Source: an uncultured bacterium (GTDB taxonomy: Bacteria > UBP4 > UBA4092). From it: a DNA stretch of 64,000 bases. Made by a program: the position numbers and the translations under genes. The notes beneath the pieces were generated by a model. That model saw only the letters and a program-made list of their open reading frames with translations, ran no database searches and was not told the origin of the DNA. The stretch lies in the NCBI GenBank assembly GCA_964644695.1, contig CAZXWN010000001.1, positions 642,805 through 706,804 on the forward strand, read 5' to 3'. Shown piece by piece: positions 48,578 through 61,074 of this stretch; the stretch's first letter is position 1; each line of letters begins with the position of its first letter.

Positions 48578-49306
48578 ATGCGGATTGGAATCATATCAGA
48601 TATTCATGCAAATCTGGAAGCATTAGAAGCCACCTTGAAAGCATTAAGTGACCAAGGTGCCGATTCTTATATATGCTTGGGAGATATCGTCGGATACGGC
48701 CCTAACCCAAATGAATGTATTGAAAGAATCAAAGAACTTAAGTGCCCTGTATTAAAGGGAAATCATGACGAGATGGCTGCCGTGGATATCGAGATCCATA
48801 ACTTTAATTCTATGGCACGAAGCGCTATACTCTGGACCCGTGATCAAATAACACCAGAAAATCGTGATTATTTGAATAGTCTTCCTTATATTTATCAAAA
48901 CGAGTTCCTTTTTGCTGTTCATTCAACTCCTGCTAAACCAGAAAATTGGGATTACATTCTAACTATTGAAAGCGCTCTTGACGCGCTGCATGATTTTACG
49001 GAGCCGATAGGATTTATGGGGCACTCACACTCTCCTTTTTTCCTAGAAGCAACTAGTCCTGAACATGGGTATATTGTGAGAGAAAACATTCTTCCCGTAA
49101 AAAGCGATTGTAGATATCTTGTCAATGTAGGAAGTGTTGGGCAACCCCGGGATAATAATGCCCGAAGTTGCTGTGTCCTCTACGATTTAGATGAACACAC
49201 ACTCCAAAGACTCCGTGTAAGTTATGATATATCCGTAACACAGAAAAAAATACTGGATGCGGATTTACCCGTTTTATTGGCACATCGCCTTGAGACAGGT
49301 TATTAA
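48578..49306 (+). CDS. Calcineurin-like metallophosphoesterase
   Basis: SDIHAN, GDIVGYG, GNHD, GHSH, NVGSVGQPRD. Confidence 0.9.
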   Translation: MRIGIISDIHANLEALEATLKALSDQGADSYICLGDIVGYGPNPNECIERIKELKCPVLKGNHDEMAAVDIEIHNFNSMARSAILWTRDQITPENRDYLNSLPYIYQNEFLFAVHSTPAKPENWDYILTIESALDALHDFTEPIGFMGHSHSPFFLEATSPEHGYIVRENILPVKSDCRYLVNVGSVGQPRDNNARSCCVLYDLDEHTLQRLRVSYDISVTQKKILDADLPVLLAHRLETGY

Positions 49307-51355
<2,049 letters not shown>

Positions 51356-51358
51356 TGT

Positions 51359-51988
51359 ATGTTTTTTCGATGTTTACCTGTAGGGGTACTCCAGTCAAAT
51401 TGTTACATAATTGCTTGCCTTGAAACACATGAAGCCTGCGTTATTGATCCGGGTTCGCAAGGAGATTTAATCCAATCAGTTATCGAAAAAAATAATCTCA
51501 AGGTAAAGTATATTCTGAATACACATGGGCACCCAGATCATATTGGTGCGAATTGGTATATTAAAGAAAAAACAAATGCTTTGTTATATATTCACAAAGA
51601 TGACTTATCCCACTTAAGAAAACCTCTTCCAATGCCCTACCCTGACTCCGATATGCGACCATCTCCAGAGCCAGATGAATTTTTACAGGAAGGTAAAGAT
51701 ATTATTATTGGAACGATTACCCTGAAAATCATAGAGACACCAGGACACAGCCCTGGTGGTGTATGTATCTTGGCAGATCAGAAGTTAATTACGGGAGATA
51801 CTCTCTTTGCAGGTACCATTGGCAGAACAGATTTACTTGGGGGTTCAATGGATACCCTGATGAATTCGATAAAAACCAAATTATTTCCACTCAATGATTC
51901 GTTGGAAGTACTGCCAGGTCATGGACCCTCGTCAACTTTAGGCTATGAGAAAAAATACAATCCCTTCTTGAGTAACCTAACGCCTTAA
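51359..51988 (+). CDS. Metallo-beta-lactamase fold hydrolase (glyoxalase II-like)
   Basis: THGHPDH, TPGHSPG, GDTLF, GRTD, PGHG. Confidence 0.9.
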   Translation: MFFRCLPVGVLQSNCYIIACLETHEACVIDPGSQGDLIQSVIEKNNLKVKYILNTHGHPDHIGANWYIKEKTNALLYIHKDDLSHLRKPLPMPYPDSDMRPSPEPDEFLQEGKDIIIGTITLKIIETPGHSPGGVCILADQKLITGDTLFAGTIGRTDLLGGSMDTLMNSIKTKLFPLNDSLEVLPGHGPSSTLGYEKKYNPFLSNLTP

Positions 51989-51991
51989 ACA

Positions 51992-52021
51992 AAAAGCCCT
52001 TCCTGATCAGGAAGGGCTTTT
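51992..52021. terminator. Bidirectional terminator
   Basis: 30-bp perfect palindrome AAAAGCCCTTCCTGATCAGGAAGGGCTTTT. Confidence 0.8.
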
Positions 52022-52041
52022 GTATTTGCATCAGATAGAAT

Positions 52042-54495
52042 CTATTTTTTCTTGGATTTTGATTTCTTCCTGTTCGTGAAGTCATCTGTATTCATAGCGA
52101 TACTGAGGACTTCGTCTGCTGAACTTACCATGTGAAATTCCATCTCACGTCTGATTTCTTCAGGAATATCATCTAAATCTTTCTTGTTCTTTTCCGGGAA
52201 AATAACAACCTTGATTCCAGCTCGGCGTGCAGCAAGTATCTTTTCTTTTAAGCCACCGATGGGTAAAACTTTCCCCCGAAGAGTGATTTCACCCGTCATC
52301 GCTAAATCATGGCGAACGGGTTTCCCACTTACCAAAGATGCAATGGCTGTTGCCATTGTGATACCCGCGGAGGGACCATCTTTGGGGATAGCTCCTGCCG
52401 GAACATGGATATGTAAATCTGATTTATCAAAGAAATCTTCTTGAATTCCCAAGTCCTTTGCTTTAGAACGAATATAAGATAAAGCGGCCTGGGCAGATTC
52501 TTTCATGACATCCCCCAGTTGACCGGTTAATATCAGTCCTTTATTACCCGGCATCCGAGTGGCCTCAATGGTAAGGATTTCTCCACCATATTGGGTCCAA
52601 GCTAATCCTGTTGCCACACCTGCTTCATCTTTTTTCTCGGCAACCTCTGAGAAGAACACCTGATTTCCTAAAAACACATTTAAGTTTTTCGAGGTAACTT
52701 TAACCGGCCGGCGATTTCCTTCAGCCATTCTCCGGGCTATTTTCCTGCAGATATTACCCAGTTCTCGTTCCAGATTACGAACACCGGCTTCACGAGTATA
52801 ACGACTGATAATATCTTTTAATGTTGAATCATCCAGTAAAACATGTTCCTCTTTCAAACCATGTTCAGCAACCTGTTTTGGGAATAAGTACTTTCGGGCA
52901 ATCTGTACTTTTTCTTCTTCCGTGTAGCCCGGTAAATTTAATATTTCCATACGGTCCCGAAGAGGAGCTGGAATCGTATCGAGCACATTAGCTGTTGTAA
53001 TAAACATGACATTGGATAAGTCAAAAGGAACATCAAGATAGTGGTCCACAAAAGCATTATTCTGTTCAGGGTCCAATACCTCAAGAAGGGCGGATGCCGG
53101 ATCACCACGGAAATCCGTACCCAGCTTATCTATTTCATCTAACATGAACACTGGATTCGCTGATTCAGCGCGACGGATCCCCTGTACAATTCTGCCCGGT
53201 AAAGCACCAATATATGTCCTGCGATGCCCACGGATTTCGGCTTCATCTCGAACACCCCCTAAGGATATTCGGATAAACTTACGACCCATTGCCCGGGCAA
53301 TTGATTTTCCAAGAGAAGTCTTACCTACCCCCGGAGGGCCGGAGAAACATAAAATAGACCCCTTCATATCGGGTTTTAACTTTCGTACAGACAAATACTC
53401 CAATATACGGTCTTTGATTTTATGTAAATCGTAGTGGTCCTCATCAAGAATCCGAGCAGCTTCTTTAATATCCAGATTATCCTTTGTTTTTTTATTCCAA
53501 GGTAATGCAATCAGATAATCAATATAAGTTCTTGATACTGTATATTCAGCAGCAGCGGGTGGCATTTTGGAAAGGCGATTTAATTCCTTCAAAGCTTCTT
53601 TTTCGACAGCCTCAGGCATTCCAGCTTCTTTTATCTTCGCTTCCAGTTCAGCAACTTCCTGCATACGGTCATCGGTTTCACCTAACTCGCGCTGGATAGC
53701 TTTCATCTGTTCACGAAGAACATATTCACGCTGATTTTTGTCAATTTCCGTCTTTACCTGAGATTGGATTTTGCTGCCTATTTCAAGAACATCGAGTTCG
53801 CGATTTAAGAGAATGGTTAGTTTCTTCATTCTCTCTTTGATATCAACAGTTTCCAATATAGCTTGCTTGTCTGACACAGATAAATTGATATTGGCAGCGA
53901 TCAAATCAGCCATCTTGGAAGGGTCTTGCAGGTTCATGGCTGCTACATGCAGTTCATCTGGAAGATGAGGTGCCAAATCAACAATTCGATTAAAGGTTTC
54001 CAATAAATTTCGGCTTAAAGCCTCAACTTCAATCGACTGGTCTTCAATTTCCTTAATAATATTAATGCGGGCCTGAAAATAGGGTTCTGAAGCCGTCCAT
54101 TCTTTCACTTCAATTCTGGATAAACCCTGAATGAGCAGACGGATAGTACCATCCGGAAACTTCAGCATTTTCAGAATCGTAGCTGCAACGCCAAAACTGT
54201 ACAAGTCTCCCGCATTAGGGGCATCTATTTCCGCCCTTTTTTGGGCAATCACACCGATAATACGATTACTGCTCAAGGCATCATCAATTAATCGGACTGA
54301 TTTTTCACGGGCAATGACTAGAGGGGCCACCATGTACGGATAGATAACCGTATCACGAATTGGCAGTACCCCTATATTTTCTGGGATTGAAAAATCACTT
54401 TCTTTATCCATCTCTGGTGCTTCCACCTCTTCAGATTTAGATTTAATTACTTCAGTCTTTCTGGGAGGAATATCAGATTTTTTACTCGTCTTCAT
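52042..54495 (-). CDS. lon: ATP-dependent Lon protease (LonA)
   Basis: [30 protein letters not shown]. Confidence 0.97.
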   Translation of the reverse strand: MKTSKKSDIPPRKTEVIKSKSEEVEAPEMDKESDFSIPENIGVLPIRDTVIYPYMVAPLVIAREKSVRLIDDALSSNRIIGVIAQKRAEIDAPNAGDLYSFGVAATILKMLKFPDGTIRLLIQGLSRIEVKEWTASEPYFQARINIIKEIEDQSIEVEALSRNLLETFNRIVDLAPHLPDELHVAAMNLQDPSKMADLIAANINLSVSDKQAILETVDIKERMKKLTILLNRELDVLEIGSKIQSQVKTEIDKNQREYVLREQMKAIQRELGETDDRMQEVAELEAKIKEAGMPEAVEKEALKELNRLSKMPPAAAEYTVSRTYIDYLIALPWNKKTKDNLDIKEAARILDEDHYDLHKIKDRILEYLSVRKLKPDMKGSILCFSGPPGVGKTSLGKSIARAMGRKFIRISLGGVRDEAEIRGHRRTYIGALPGRIVQGIRRAESANPVFMLDEIDKLGTDFRGDPASALLEVLDPEQNNAFVDHYLDVPFDLSNVMFITTANVLDTIPAPLRDRMEILNLPGYTEEEKVQIARKYLFPKQVAEHGLKEEHVLLDDSTLKDIISRYTREAGVRNLERELGNICRKIARRMAEGNRRPVKVTSKNLNVFLGNQVFFSEVAEKKDEAGVATGLAWTQYGGEILTIEATRMPGNKGLILTGQLGDVMKESAQAALSYIRSKAKDLGIQEDFFDKSDLHIHVPAGAIPKDGPSAGITMATAIASLVSGKPVRHDLAMTGEITLRGKVLPIGGLKEKILAARRAGIKVVIFPEKNKKDLDDIPEEIRREMEFHMVSSADEVLSIAMNTDDFTNRKKSKSKKK

Positions 54496-54548
54496 ATTTA
54501 GAAATATACCACATCTGACGGTGTTTTATGAACCAGAACCAGGCAGAT

Positions 54549-55259
54549 TCAATCGTGCCGGGCAGATAATTCCTGATATAAAGAAAATGTTTCGTAGAAT
54601 GCTTTAAAAATCACCCTAATGTTTCCGCCGGAAGAAGTTCCTGCCTTCCGGGAATAATGTTTGATGGGAATTTGGCGAATTTCAACCCCTGAATTGCGAA
54701 GCCGTACCAATAGCTCCGTACTAAACAAAGCACCTTTTGCTTTCAAAGCATCAGGGTCAATGGCTTTTCGGGGGAAAAGCTTAAAAGCGCAATCAATATC
54801 TCTAACGTTTACTCTGAACAATAAATGTATCCAACGATTCCAAAGCCAGGCAAAAACCTTACGGTGGAATTTGTCTTGTCGGTGTTCACGATATCCCAAA
54901 TAAAACTGATTTCCTGTATAGACGGGTAATATCTCCAAGAGAGGATCTGCTTCTATCTGTCCATCGGCATCCATCATCAAAACCAAATCACCCTTACTGG
55001 CAATCAAACCCGTTTTAAGAGCCGCTCCATATCCCTGATTGATTTGATGCGTACAAATCACAATATTTGGATAGTCTTGTTTCAATTTGCTTAATACCGG
55101 CCCCGTATTATCATGACTCCCGTCATCAACAATCACGATTTCCCAAATCAACCCGGCCTTTTCCAATACTTCCTGTAACGAGTTAATAACCATAGGTAGA
55201 TTAGATGCTTCATTGTATGCAGGAAGTACAACGCTCAAACACGATACAGGTAATTTCAT
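54549..55259 (-). CDS. Glycosyltransferase family 2 (polyprenol-phosphate glycosyltransferase-like)
   Basis: PAYNE, VDDGSHD, GYGAAL, DADGQ, DIDCAFK. Confidence 0.88.
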   Translation of the reverse strand: MKLPVSCLSVVLPAYNEASNLPMVINSLQEVLEKAGLIWEIVIVDDGSHDNTGPVLSKLKQDYPNIVICTHQINQGYGAALKTGLIASKGDLVLMMDADGQIEADPLLEILPVYTGNQFYLGYREHRQDKFHRKVFAWLWNRWIHLLFRVNVRDIDCAFKLFPRKAIDPDALKAKGALFSTELLVRLRNSGVEIRQIPIKHYSRKAGTSSGGNIRVIFKAFYETFSLYQELSARHD

Positions 55260-55298
55260 ATGGACTCCCAATTTTATAAACTTTAGCATATCAGTCGA

Positions 55299-55358
55299 TT
55301 TACCCTGTGTCAAAGTAGATACACTGTGATTCTTTTTCACTGTGTCAAAAAGGGTAAA
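55299..55358. promoter_or_regulatory. Candidate enhancer (UAS) for a sigma54 activator
   Basis: CTGTGTCAAA direct repeat (55305, 55340), TGT-N10-ACA (55308-55323), flanking TTTACCCT/AGGGTAAA inverted repeat. Confidence 0.4.
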
Positions 55359-55418
55359 GGCACCCTTTCAGGACTCGTCATTCTAAGGATAACAAGCCAT
55401 TGTTGAGTCAATATAAAG

Positions 55419-55434
55419 TGGCACAGAAAATGCA
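55419..55434 (+). promoter_or_regulatory. Sigma54 (-24/-12) promoter
   Basis: TGGCACAGAAAATGCA with the exact GG-N10-GC spacing. Confidence 0.65.
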
Positions 55435-55475
55435 TTGATATAGCCTATAGAGTAAGGGCGAAAGAGGGCTGAAAA

Positions 55476-56036
55476 ATGCATAAAACAAAAGACATTATCA
55501 TCACCAGTTTAATAGTAGGAACACTGACTCCAGGGTGGACAAATACCTACTCAGAAAACTCCGTTATGATCCGAATTTTAAGGGATTCAAAAGTCATGCA
55601 AGTGGTATCTGGAAATCAGGTTATCAAATCCTATCCCATTGCAGTGGGTAAAAAAGAAAAGCCAACCCCGATTGGAGATTTCACCGTCATAAACAAACTG
55701 GAAAATCCGGTATGGTATCCGACAGGTAAGGAACCTGTACCTTCGGGTAAAAACAACCCTCTTGGATCCAGATGGTTAGGATTAAGTATCAAGGGGTATG
55801 GAATCCATGGGACCAACCAGCCCGCCTCCATTGGAAAAGCCGCTTCAGGAGGATGTATTCGAATGAAAGATAAAGATTTAAAGGAATTGTTCGGGATTAT
55901 TTCAATCGGAACATCGGTTAGTATTACTCATTCAGAAGTAACACCTGACTTAACAGTATCTCTATCAACGACATGTCCCAAAACATCTTCTCTGGCCGCT
56001 ATATCCAAAGACTCAACATCGCGACCTTTTAACTGA
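55476..56036 (+). CDS. L,D-transpeptidase (YkuD domain)
   Basis: YPIAVGK, TPIG, NPLGSRW, GIHGT...ASGGCIRM (catalytic His and Cys). Confidence 0.92.
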   Translation: MHKTKDIIITSLIVGTLTPGWTNTYSENSVMIRILRDSKVMQVVSGNQVIKSYPIAVGKKEKPTPIGDFTVINKLENPVWYPTGKEPVPSGKNNPLGSRWLGLSIKGYGIHGTNQPASIGKAASGGCIRMKDKDLKELFGIISIGTSVSITHSEVTPDLTVSLSTTCPKTSSLAAISKDSTSRPFN

Positions 56037-56055
56037 TTTGCATGACGAAGCATCT

Positions 56056-56081
56056 ACGGAGCTGCTCCGAACAGCTCCGTG
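56056..56081. repeat. REP-like hairpin, copy 2
   Basis: ACGGAGCTG-CTCCGAA-CAGCTCCGT; matches 43068-43093. Confidence 0.55.
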
Positions 56082-56224
56082 AAACATCCAGTCCAGGTAC
56101 CTGTCATCGGGATGTTATGGTGGTGATTTTATGAGTAAATCTGGACAAAATAACAGAGATAGTTCCAAATAAATCTCGTTTTACATTTCATTGATTTCAA
56201 GCCCTGAAAACCACCTCAAATGTC

Positions 56225-56253
56225 TTGACAAAAACATCATATTCTATTATTCT
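56225..56253 (+). promoter_or_regulatory. Sigma70-type promoter of ppdK
   Basis: TTGACA-17nt-TATTCT. Confidence 0.55.
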
Positions 56254-56374
56254 CATAAGGTCTTATGGACTGTATAATTGTGTTCAAAAACCAATTTTAC
56301 TGATGGACGCATCCAAACATCTCGTAGGAGATGTTTCCATTTTTATTCCACAAATCCTTGAAAGGGGTACAGTA

Positions 56375-59134
56375 ATGGCAAAAGCAAAAAAGCCAGCCAC
56401 GACATCAAAAACCAAAAAAGCACCTAAATTTGTGTATTTTTTTGGCGGTAAAAAGGCTGACGGCAAAGCAGAAATGAAGAATCTTCTCGGAGGTAAAGGT
56501 GCAAACTTAGCTGAAATGGCTAACTTAGGCATTCCGGTTCCTGCTGGTTTCACCATTACTACCGAAGTCTGCACCTGTTACTACGAAAACAAGCAGAAGT
56601 ATCCAGATGGCGTTAAAGCCCAGGTCGAAGCGGCCATGGCCAAAGTTGAAAAAGAAATGGGTGCCAAGTTTGGCGATGTTAAAAACCCATTATTAGTCTC
56701 CGTCCGGTCCGGCGCCCGTAAATCTATGCCCGGTATGATGGAAACTGTTCTCAATGTCGGTCTGACCGAAAAAACCATTCAAGGTATTATTGCCAAAACC
56801 AAAAACGAACGGTTTGCATATGATGCTTATCGCAGACTTATCATGATGTATTCCGACGTCGTCATGGAAAAAGCCAGCGGTCTTGAACCTGAAGAAGGTA
56901 AAGGCATTCGCCATCAGCTGGAACATGAAATGGAAGTCATGAAGAAGGCCAACGGCTATAAGCTTGATACCGATCTAACAGCTGATGATCTCAAAGCTTT
57001 GGTGAAAATATTCAAAGCCAAAGTTAAAGAAGTTTTGAAAAAAGACTTTCCAGACGATCCATGGGCTCAGTTGTGGGGCGGCGTGGGTGCCGTTTTCGCC
57101 AGCTGGATGGGCCGTCGTGCAGTAGAATATCGCCGTATTGAAAAGATTCCTCAGGAATGGGGTACCGCTGTTAATGTCCAGTCCATGGTCTTTGGTAATA
57201 AGGGTGACAATTCCGCCACTGGTGTTGCTTTCTCCCGTAACCCGGCCACAGGTGATAACTGGTTCTATGGCGAATGGCTAGTCAACGCTCAGGGTGAAGA
57301 TGTCGTCGCCGGTATCCGGACCCCGAATCCGTTGAATAAGAAAATCAAAACTGAAGATACAAAGCACCTTCAGTCCCTTGAAGAATCCATGCCAAAACTT
57401 TATAAAGAATTAGATAGTTACCGCAGTCGTCTTGAAAAACATTACAAAGACATGCAGGACATCGAATTCACTATTGAAGAAGGCCGTTTATGGATGTTAC
57501 AGTGCCGTATCGGTAAGCGCACTGGCCCGGCTGCCTTAAAGATGGCCGTAGATATGGTTGGCGAAAAGCTGATCAAAAAAGATGAAGCCATCATGCGTGT
57601 AACTCCAGCTCAGTTGGATGAACTTCTTCACCCGATGGTTGACCCCAAAGCAGAGAAAGATGCTCCCAAATTAGCCAAGGGACTTCCAGCTGGTCCTGGT
57701 GGTGCCTATGGCCAGATTGTCTTCACTGCTGATGAAGCCGAAGTTTGGTTCAAAAAAGGTAAAAAAGTCATCCTCGTCCGCAACGAAACTTCCCCGGAAG
57801 ATGTTCATGGAATGCATGTTGCTGAAGCCATTTTGACTGCTAAGGGTGGTATGACCTCCCATGCTGCATTAGTTGCTCGTGGTTGGGGCAAGTGCTGTAT
57901 CGTTGGATGTTCTGAACTCCATATCAGTGTTGCTAATAAGACTCTGACCGTTGGTGGACAGGTTCTTAAAGAAGGCGATTTCATAACCCTTAACGGTACG
58001 AAAGGTATCGTCTATAAAGGTTCCGTTGCCTTGATCGCTCCTGACATTAAGGCCAACAAAGAACTGAAATCCTTCATGACATGGGTTGATGAATTCCGCA
58101 CTCTTAAAGTTCGCACCAATGCTGACAGCCCAAAAGATGCCCAACAGGCATTAGCTTTCGGTGCCGAAGGTATCGGCCTTTGCCGTACAGAACATATGTT
58201 CTTTGACCCACAGCGAATCAAAGCTGTTCGTGAAATGATTGTGTCCAAGGATGAAGTTGCACGTCGTAAAGCCGTTATGAAACTCCTCCCCTTCCAGAAG
58301 AAGGATTTTATGGGTATTCTCGAAGCCATGAAGGGTTTACCGGTTACCATTCGTCTCTTAGACCCACCGTTACATGAATTCGTCCCACAGGTTGATAAAG
58401 ACATCATGGAACTGGCTCATGAACTGGGTATTACTTATGATGAACTTAAGAATCGTATTGCTCAGTTACACGAATTAAACCCCATGCTGGGTCATCGCGG
58501 CTGCCGTCTCGGTATCACCTATCCTGAAATTACCGAAATGCAAGCCCGCGCCATTTTCGAAGCTGCGGCAGAACTGACCAAGAAAAAAGTTAAAGTCTAT
58601 CCTGAAGTCATGGTTCCGCTTATTGGTACCAAGGCTGAATTAGATAACCAGAAAGCCATCATCAAAGCTGCTGCTGATGCTGTCCAGAAAGAATATAAGG
58701 TCAAATTCCCCTACATGATCGGGACTATGATTGAAATTCCGCGGGCTGCTATCCGTGCTGGTGAAATCGCTGAGGAAGCCGAATTCTTCTCCTTCGGCAC
58801 CAACGATCTTACTCAGATGTCTTTCGGTTATTCCCGCGATGACATTGGCAGCTTCCTGCCCTACTATCTCGAAAATAAGATAGTGAAAGATGATCCCTTC
58901 CAGACCATCGATCGTGATGGTGTTGGCTTCCTGATGCAGCATGCAGTTACTGCCGGTCGCAAGACCCGCAAGGACTTGAAATGCGGTATCTGTGGTGAAC
59001 ATGGTGGAGATCCCAAATCTGTCGAATTCTGCCACTTAATCGGCCTGAATTATGTCAGCTGCTCTCCGTTCCGGGTTCCAATCGCTCGCTTAGCTGCGGC
59101 TCAAGCTGCTATTGAACATAAAAAGAAAAAATAA
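56375..59134 (+). CDS. ppdK: Pyruvate, phosphate dikinase
   Basis: LGGKGANLAEM, SVRSGA, GGMTSHAALVAR phospho-His motif, GICGEHGGDP; ATG at 56375 follows AAGGGG. Confidence 0.97.
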   Translation: MAKAKKPATTSKTKKAPKFVYFFGGKKADGKAEMKNLLGGKGANLAEMANLGIPVPAGFTITTEVCTCYYENKQKYPDGVKAQVEAAMAKVEKEMGAKFGDVKNPLLVSVRSGARKSMPGMMETVLNVGLTEKTIQGIIAKTKNERFAYDAYRRLIMMYSDVVMEKASGLEPEEGKGIRHQLEHEMEVMKKANGYKLDTDLTADDLKALVKIFKAKVKEVLKKDFPDDPWAQLWGGVGAVFASWMGRRAVEYRRIEKIPQEWGTAVNVQSMVFGNKGDNSATGVAFSRNPATGDNWFYGEWLVNAQGEDVVAGIRTPNPLNKKIKTEDTKHLQSLEESMPKLYKELDSYRSRLEKHYKDMQDIEFTIEEGRLWMLQCRIGKRTGPAALKMAVDMVGEKLIKKDEAIMRVTPAQLDELLHPMVDPKAEKDAPKLAKGLPAGPGGAYGQIVFTADEAEVWFKKGKKVILVRNETSPEDVHGMHVAEAILTAKGGMTSHAALVARGWGKCCIVGCSELHISVANKTLTVGGQVLKEGDFITLNGTKGIVYKGSVALIAPDIKANKELKSFMTWVDEFRTLKVRTNADSPKDAQQALAFGAEGIGLCRTEHMFFDPQRIKAVREMIVSKDEVARRKAVMKLLPFQKKDFMGILEAMKGLPVTIRLLDPPLHEFVPQVDKDIMELAHELGITYDELKNRIAQLHELNPMLGHRGCRLGITYPEITEMQARAIFEAAAELTKKKVKVYPEVMVPLIGTKAELDNQKAIIKAAADAVQKEYKVKFPYMIGTMIEIPRAAIRAGEIAEEAEFFSFGTNDLTQMSFGYSRDDIGSFLPYYLENKIVKDDPFQTIDRDGVGFLMQHAVTAGRKTRKDLKCGICGEHGGDPKSVEFCHLIGLNYVSCSPFRVPIARLAAAQAAIEHKKKK

Positions 59135-59146
59135 GGTTAAAATAGA

Positions 59147-59184
59147 AACCCCGGTCAGAACAAACTGACCGGGGTTCTTTTTTT
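59147..59184 (+). terminator. Intrinsic terminator after ppdK
   Basis: AACCCCGGTCAG / CTGACCGGGGTT followed by a T tract. Confidence 0.85.
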
Positions 59185-59201
59185 ATATTGGGAATCTAAT
59201 T

Positions 59202-60497
59202 TTAGAAAACGGAAACGACTAAACCACTTAAAGGTTTTGGATAGAAATATGTGGACTTCTGAGGCATCATGCGGCCTGCTGCACAGATTTTCTTAACATC
59301 ATGAATATCCGGGGTCCTTAAGATGAAAGCATACTCAAAATCACCTTTATCTATTTTTTCGAGCGCCTCTGAATAACTATGGGAATAGCCGGTATTCTTA
59401 TATAATTGCTCTGACTTATTCAAATCAAATATCTCTTGAATGATTTTATCCCGTACTATTTCGGTATCCAGTTTGTTTTCAGATTTTACATCCTTTTTAT
59501 AAACCAGCAGATGATAGTTCCCATCATAAAAACCAATAACATTTTGACTAGGTTTATACTTATTCATCTCATCAATTAGCCATGAACGTGATTTCAACTG
59601 AGTTTTCATCGGAGAGGATATGATTTTGAAATCCACACCCAATTTATCCATTAAGGATAGATTGTCGAGGTTATTCGTTGATTTAACTAACCTATGAGTG
59701 GGTGCAATAAATAAATCACTATCATCCATGTTTGCCAAAAACATCATGATGTAATTTGAAGGGTGAGTGTCTGGTATTGCTGGGTTTTCACGCTTGAGCT
59801 TATCTCTATATTCCAGGGCTGCACCATAGCGATGATGTCCATCGGCAATCAATAAACTTTTATTCTTCATTGATTTCTGAAGCAGCTTTAAAACTACTGG
59901 ATCATCAATTTTCCAGAATCTATGGAGGGTCCCATTACCATCTTTCAGACGAATATCAGGTTTTCCCTGAACAGCAGATTTCAACAATGTCTGAATTGTC
60001 ATTTTCCTGTCTTCATAAAGACAATATACAGGCTCTAAATGAGCTTCTGTATCAGATAATAATTGCATCCGATCCAATCTCGGGGTTGGGAATGTAACTT
60101 CATGAGGTATCACCATTCCAGATTCATACGATTCAACTTTAACCAAGGAAATAAAACCAGACAGTGATTTTTTTATTTTTTTCCGACCGGGGATTAGGGC
60201 AATATCTGAATCTACCGAGTAGTCCAGAGTATAGAAATATATTGCAGGTAATTCATCTTGAATCATTACCTGTTTTTTGATCCATGCCTGCAATTTCCGC
60301 CGAACTGATTGATAGGGTTTATCATCCTGAGTAGGTTTAGCTAATGTCAGGTGAATGTAGTTATACGGATTGGTCTTTCTAAAAGCAGCCAGCTGCTTTG
60401 GGGATATCACATCGTAAGGGGGAACAAATAGTGATGAAGGGTCATTTATCTGAACTGAATTATAACGATAACCTCTGAAGGGATGTATTTCAGCCAC
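59202..60497 (-). CDS. DUF1015 family protein
   Basis: PFRG, PPYDVI, PHE, IADGHHRY, PTHR, MPQKSTYFYPK. Confidence 0.9.
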   Translation of the reverse strand: MAEIHPFRGYRYNSVQINDPSSLFVPPYDVISPKQLAAFRKTNPYNYIHLTLAKPTQDDKPYQSVRRKLQAWIKKQVMIQDELPAIYFYTLDYSVDSDIALIPGRKKIKKSLSGFISLVKVESYESGMVIPHEVTFPTPRLDRMQLLSDTEAHLEPVYCLYEDRKMTIQTLLKSAVQGKPDIRLKDGNGTLHRFWKIDDPVVLKLLQKSMKNKSLLIADGHHRYGAALEYRDKLKRENPAIPDTHPSNYIMMFLANMDDSDLFIAPTHRLVKSTNNLDNLSLMDKLGVDFKIISSPMKTQLKSRSWLIDEMNKYKPSQNVIGFYDGNYHLLVYKKDVKSENKLDTEIVRDKIIQEIFDLNKSEQLYKNTGYSHSYSEALEKIDKGDFEYAFILRTPDIHDVKKICAAGRMMPQKSTYFYPKPLSGLVVSVF

Positions 60498-60649
60498 GGA
60501 TTCTCCTCGCAATTATAATAATACAATCAACAAATATCTCTTATTTAAGATAACATATTCGTAGAGTCTGTTAAAATGAAATGCCATACAGATTCCATTT
60601 CATTTATATCCCTACTGCTAAAATAATTTACCGTTTTGAGGAGTATTTC

Positions 60650-61072
60650 ATGGCGTTGGAACAAACTGTCGTTTTACTTAAACCAGATACTGTAAGAAGA
60701 AAATTAATAGGTGAAATTCTTCGTCGTATTGAACAAAAGAACTTTAAAATTCTTGGAATGAAATTTATCCAATGGGATCGACAAATTGCTGAGAACTTTT
60801 ACTGTATTCATAAAGGCAAGAGTTTTTATGAGGAACTAATTGAATTTATTACATCAGGTCCAATAGTAGCCCTTTGCCTTGAAGGTGAAAATGCGATCCA
60901 TCAAATTAGGAAAATGATGGGAGCTACCAATCCCATGGATTCGGCACCAGGTACTATCCGCGGAGATTTAACTCTTGAGCATCAGTATAATTTAATACAC
61001 GGATCCGATTCTATGGAATCAGTATCCAGAGAATTACCTATCGTCTTCAGAGAAGAAGAGTTAATAAAATAA
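60650..61072 (+). CDS. ndk: Nucleoside diphosphate kinase
   Basis: KPD, GATNP, PGTIRGD, NLIHGSDS; ATG at 60650 follows GAGGAG. Confidence 0.96.
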   Translation: MALEQTVVLLKPDTVRRKLIGEILRRIEQKNFKILGMKFIQWDRQIAENFYCIHKGKSFYEELIEFITSGPIVALCLEGENAIHQIRKMMGATNPMDSAPGTIRGDLTLEHQYNLIHGSDSMESVSRELPIVFREEELIK

Positions 61073-61074
61073 AC

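Noticed and set aside
56256-56340. Fluoride or other known riboswitch in the ppdK leader
   Set aside because: Only scattered word matches; the required pairings could not be built
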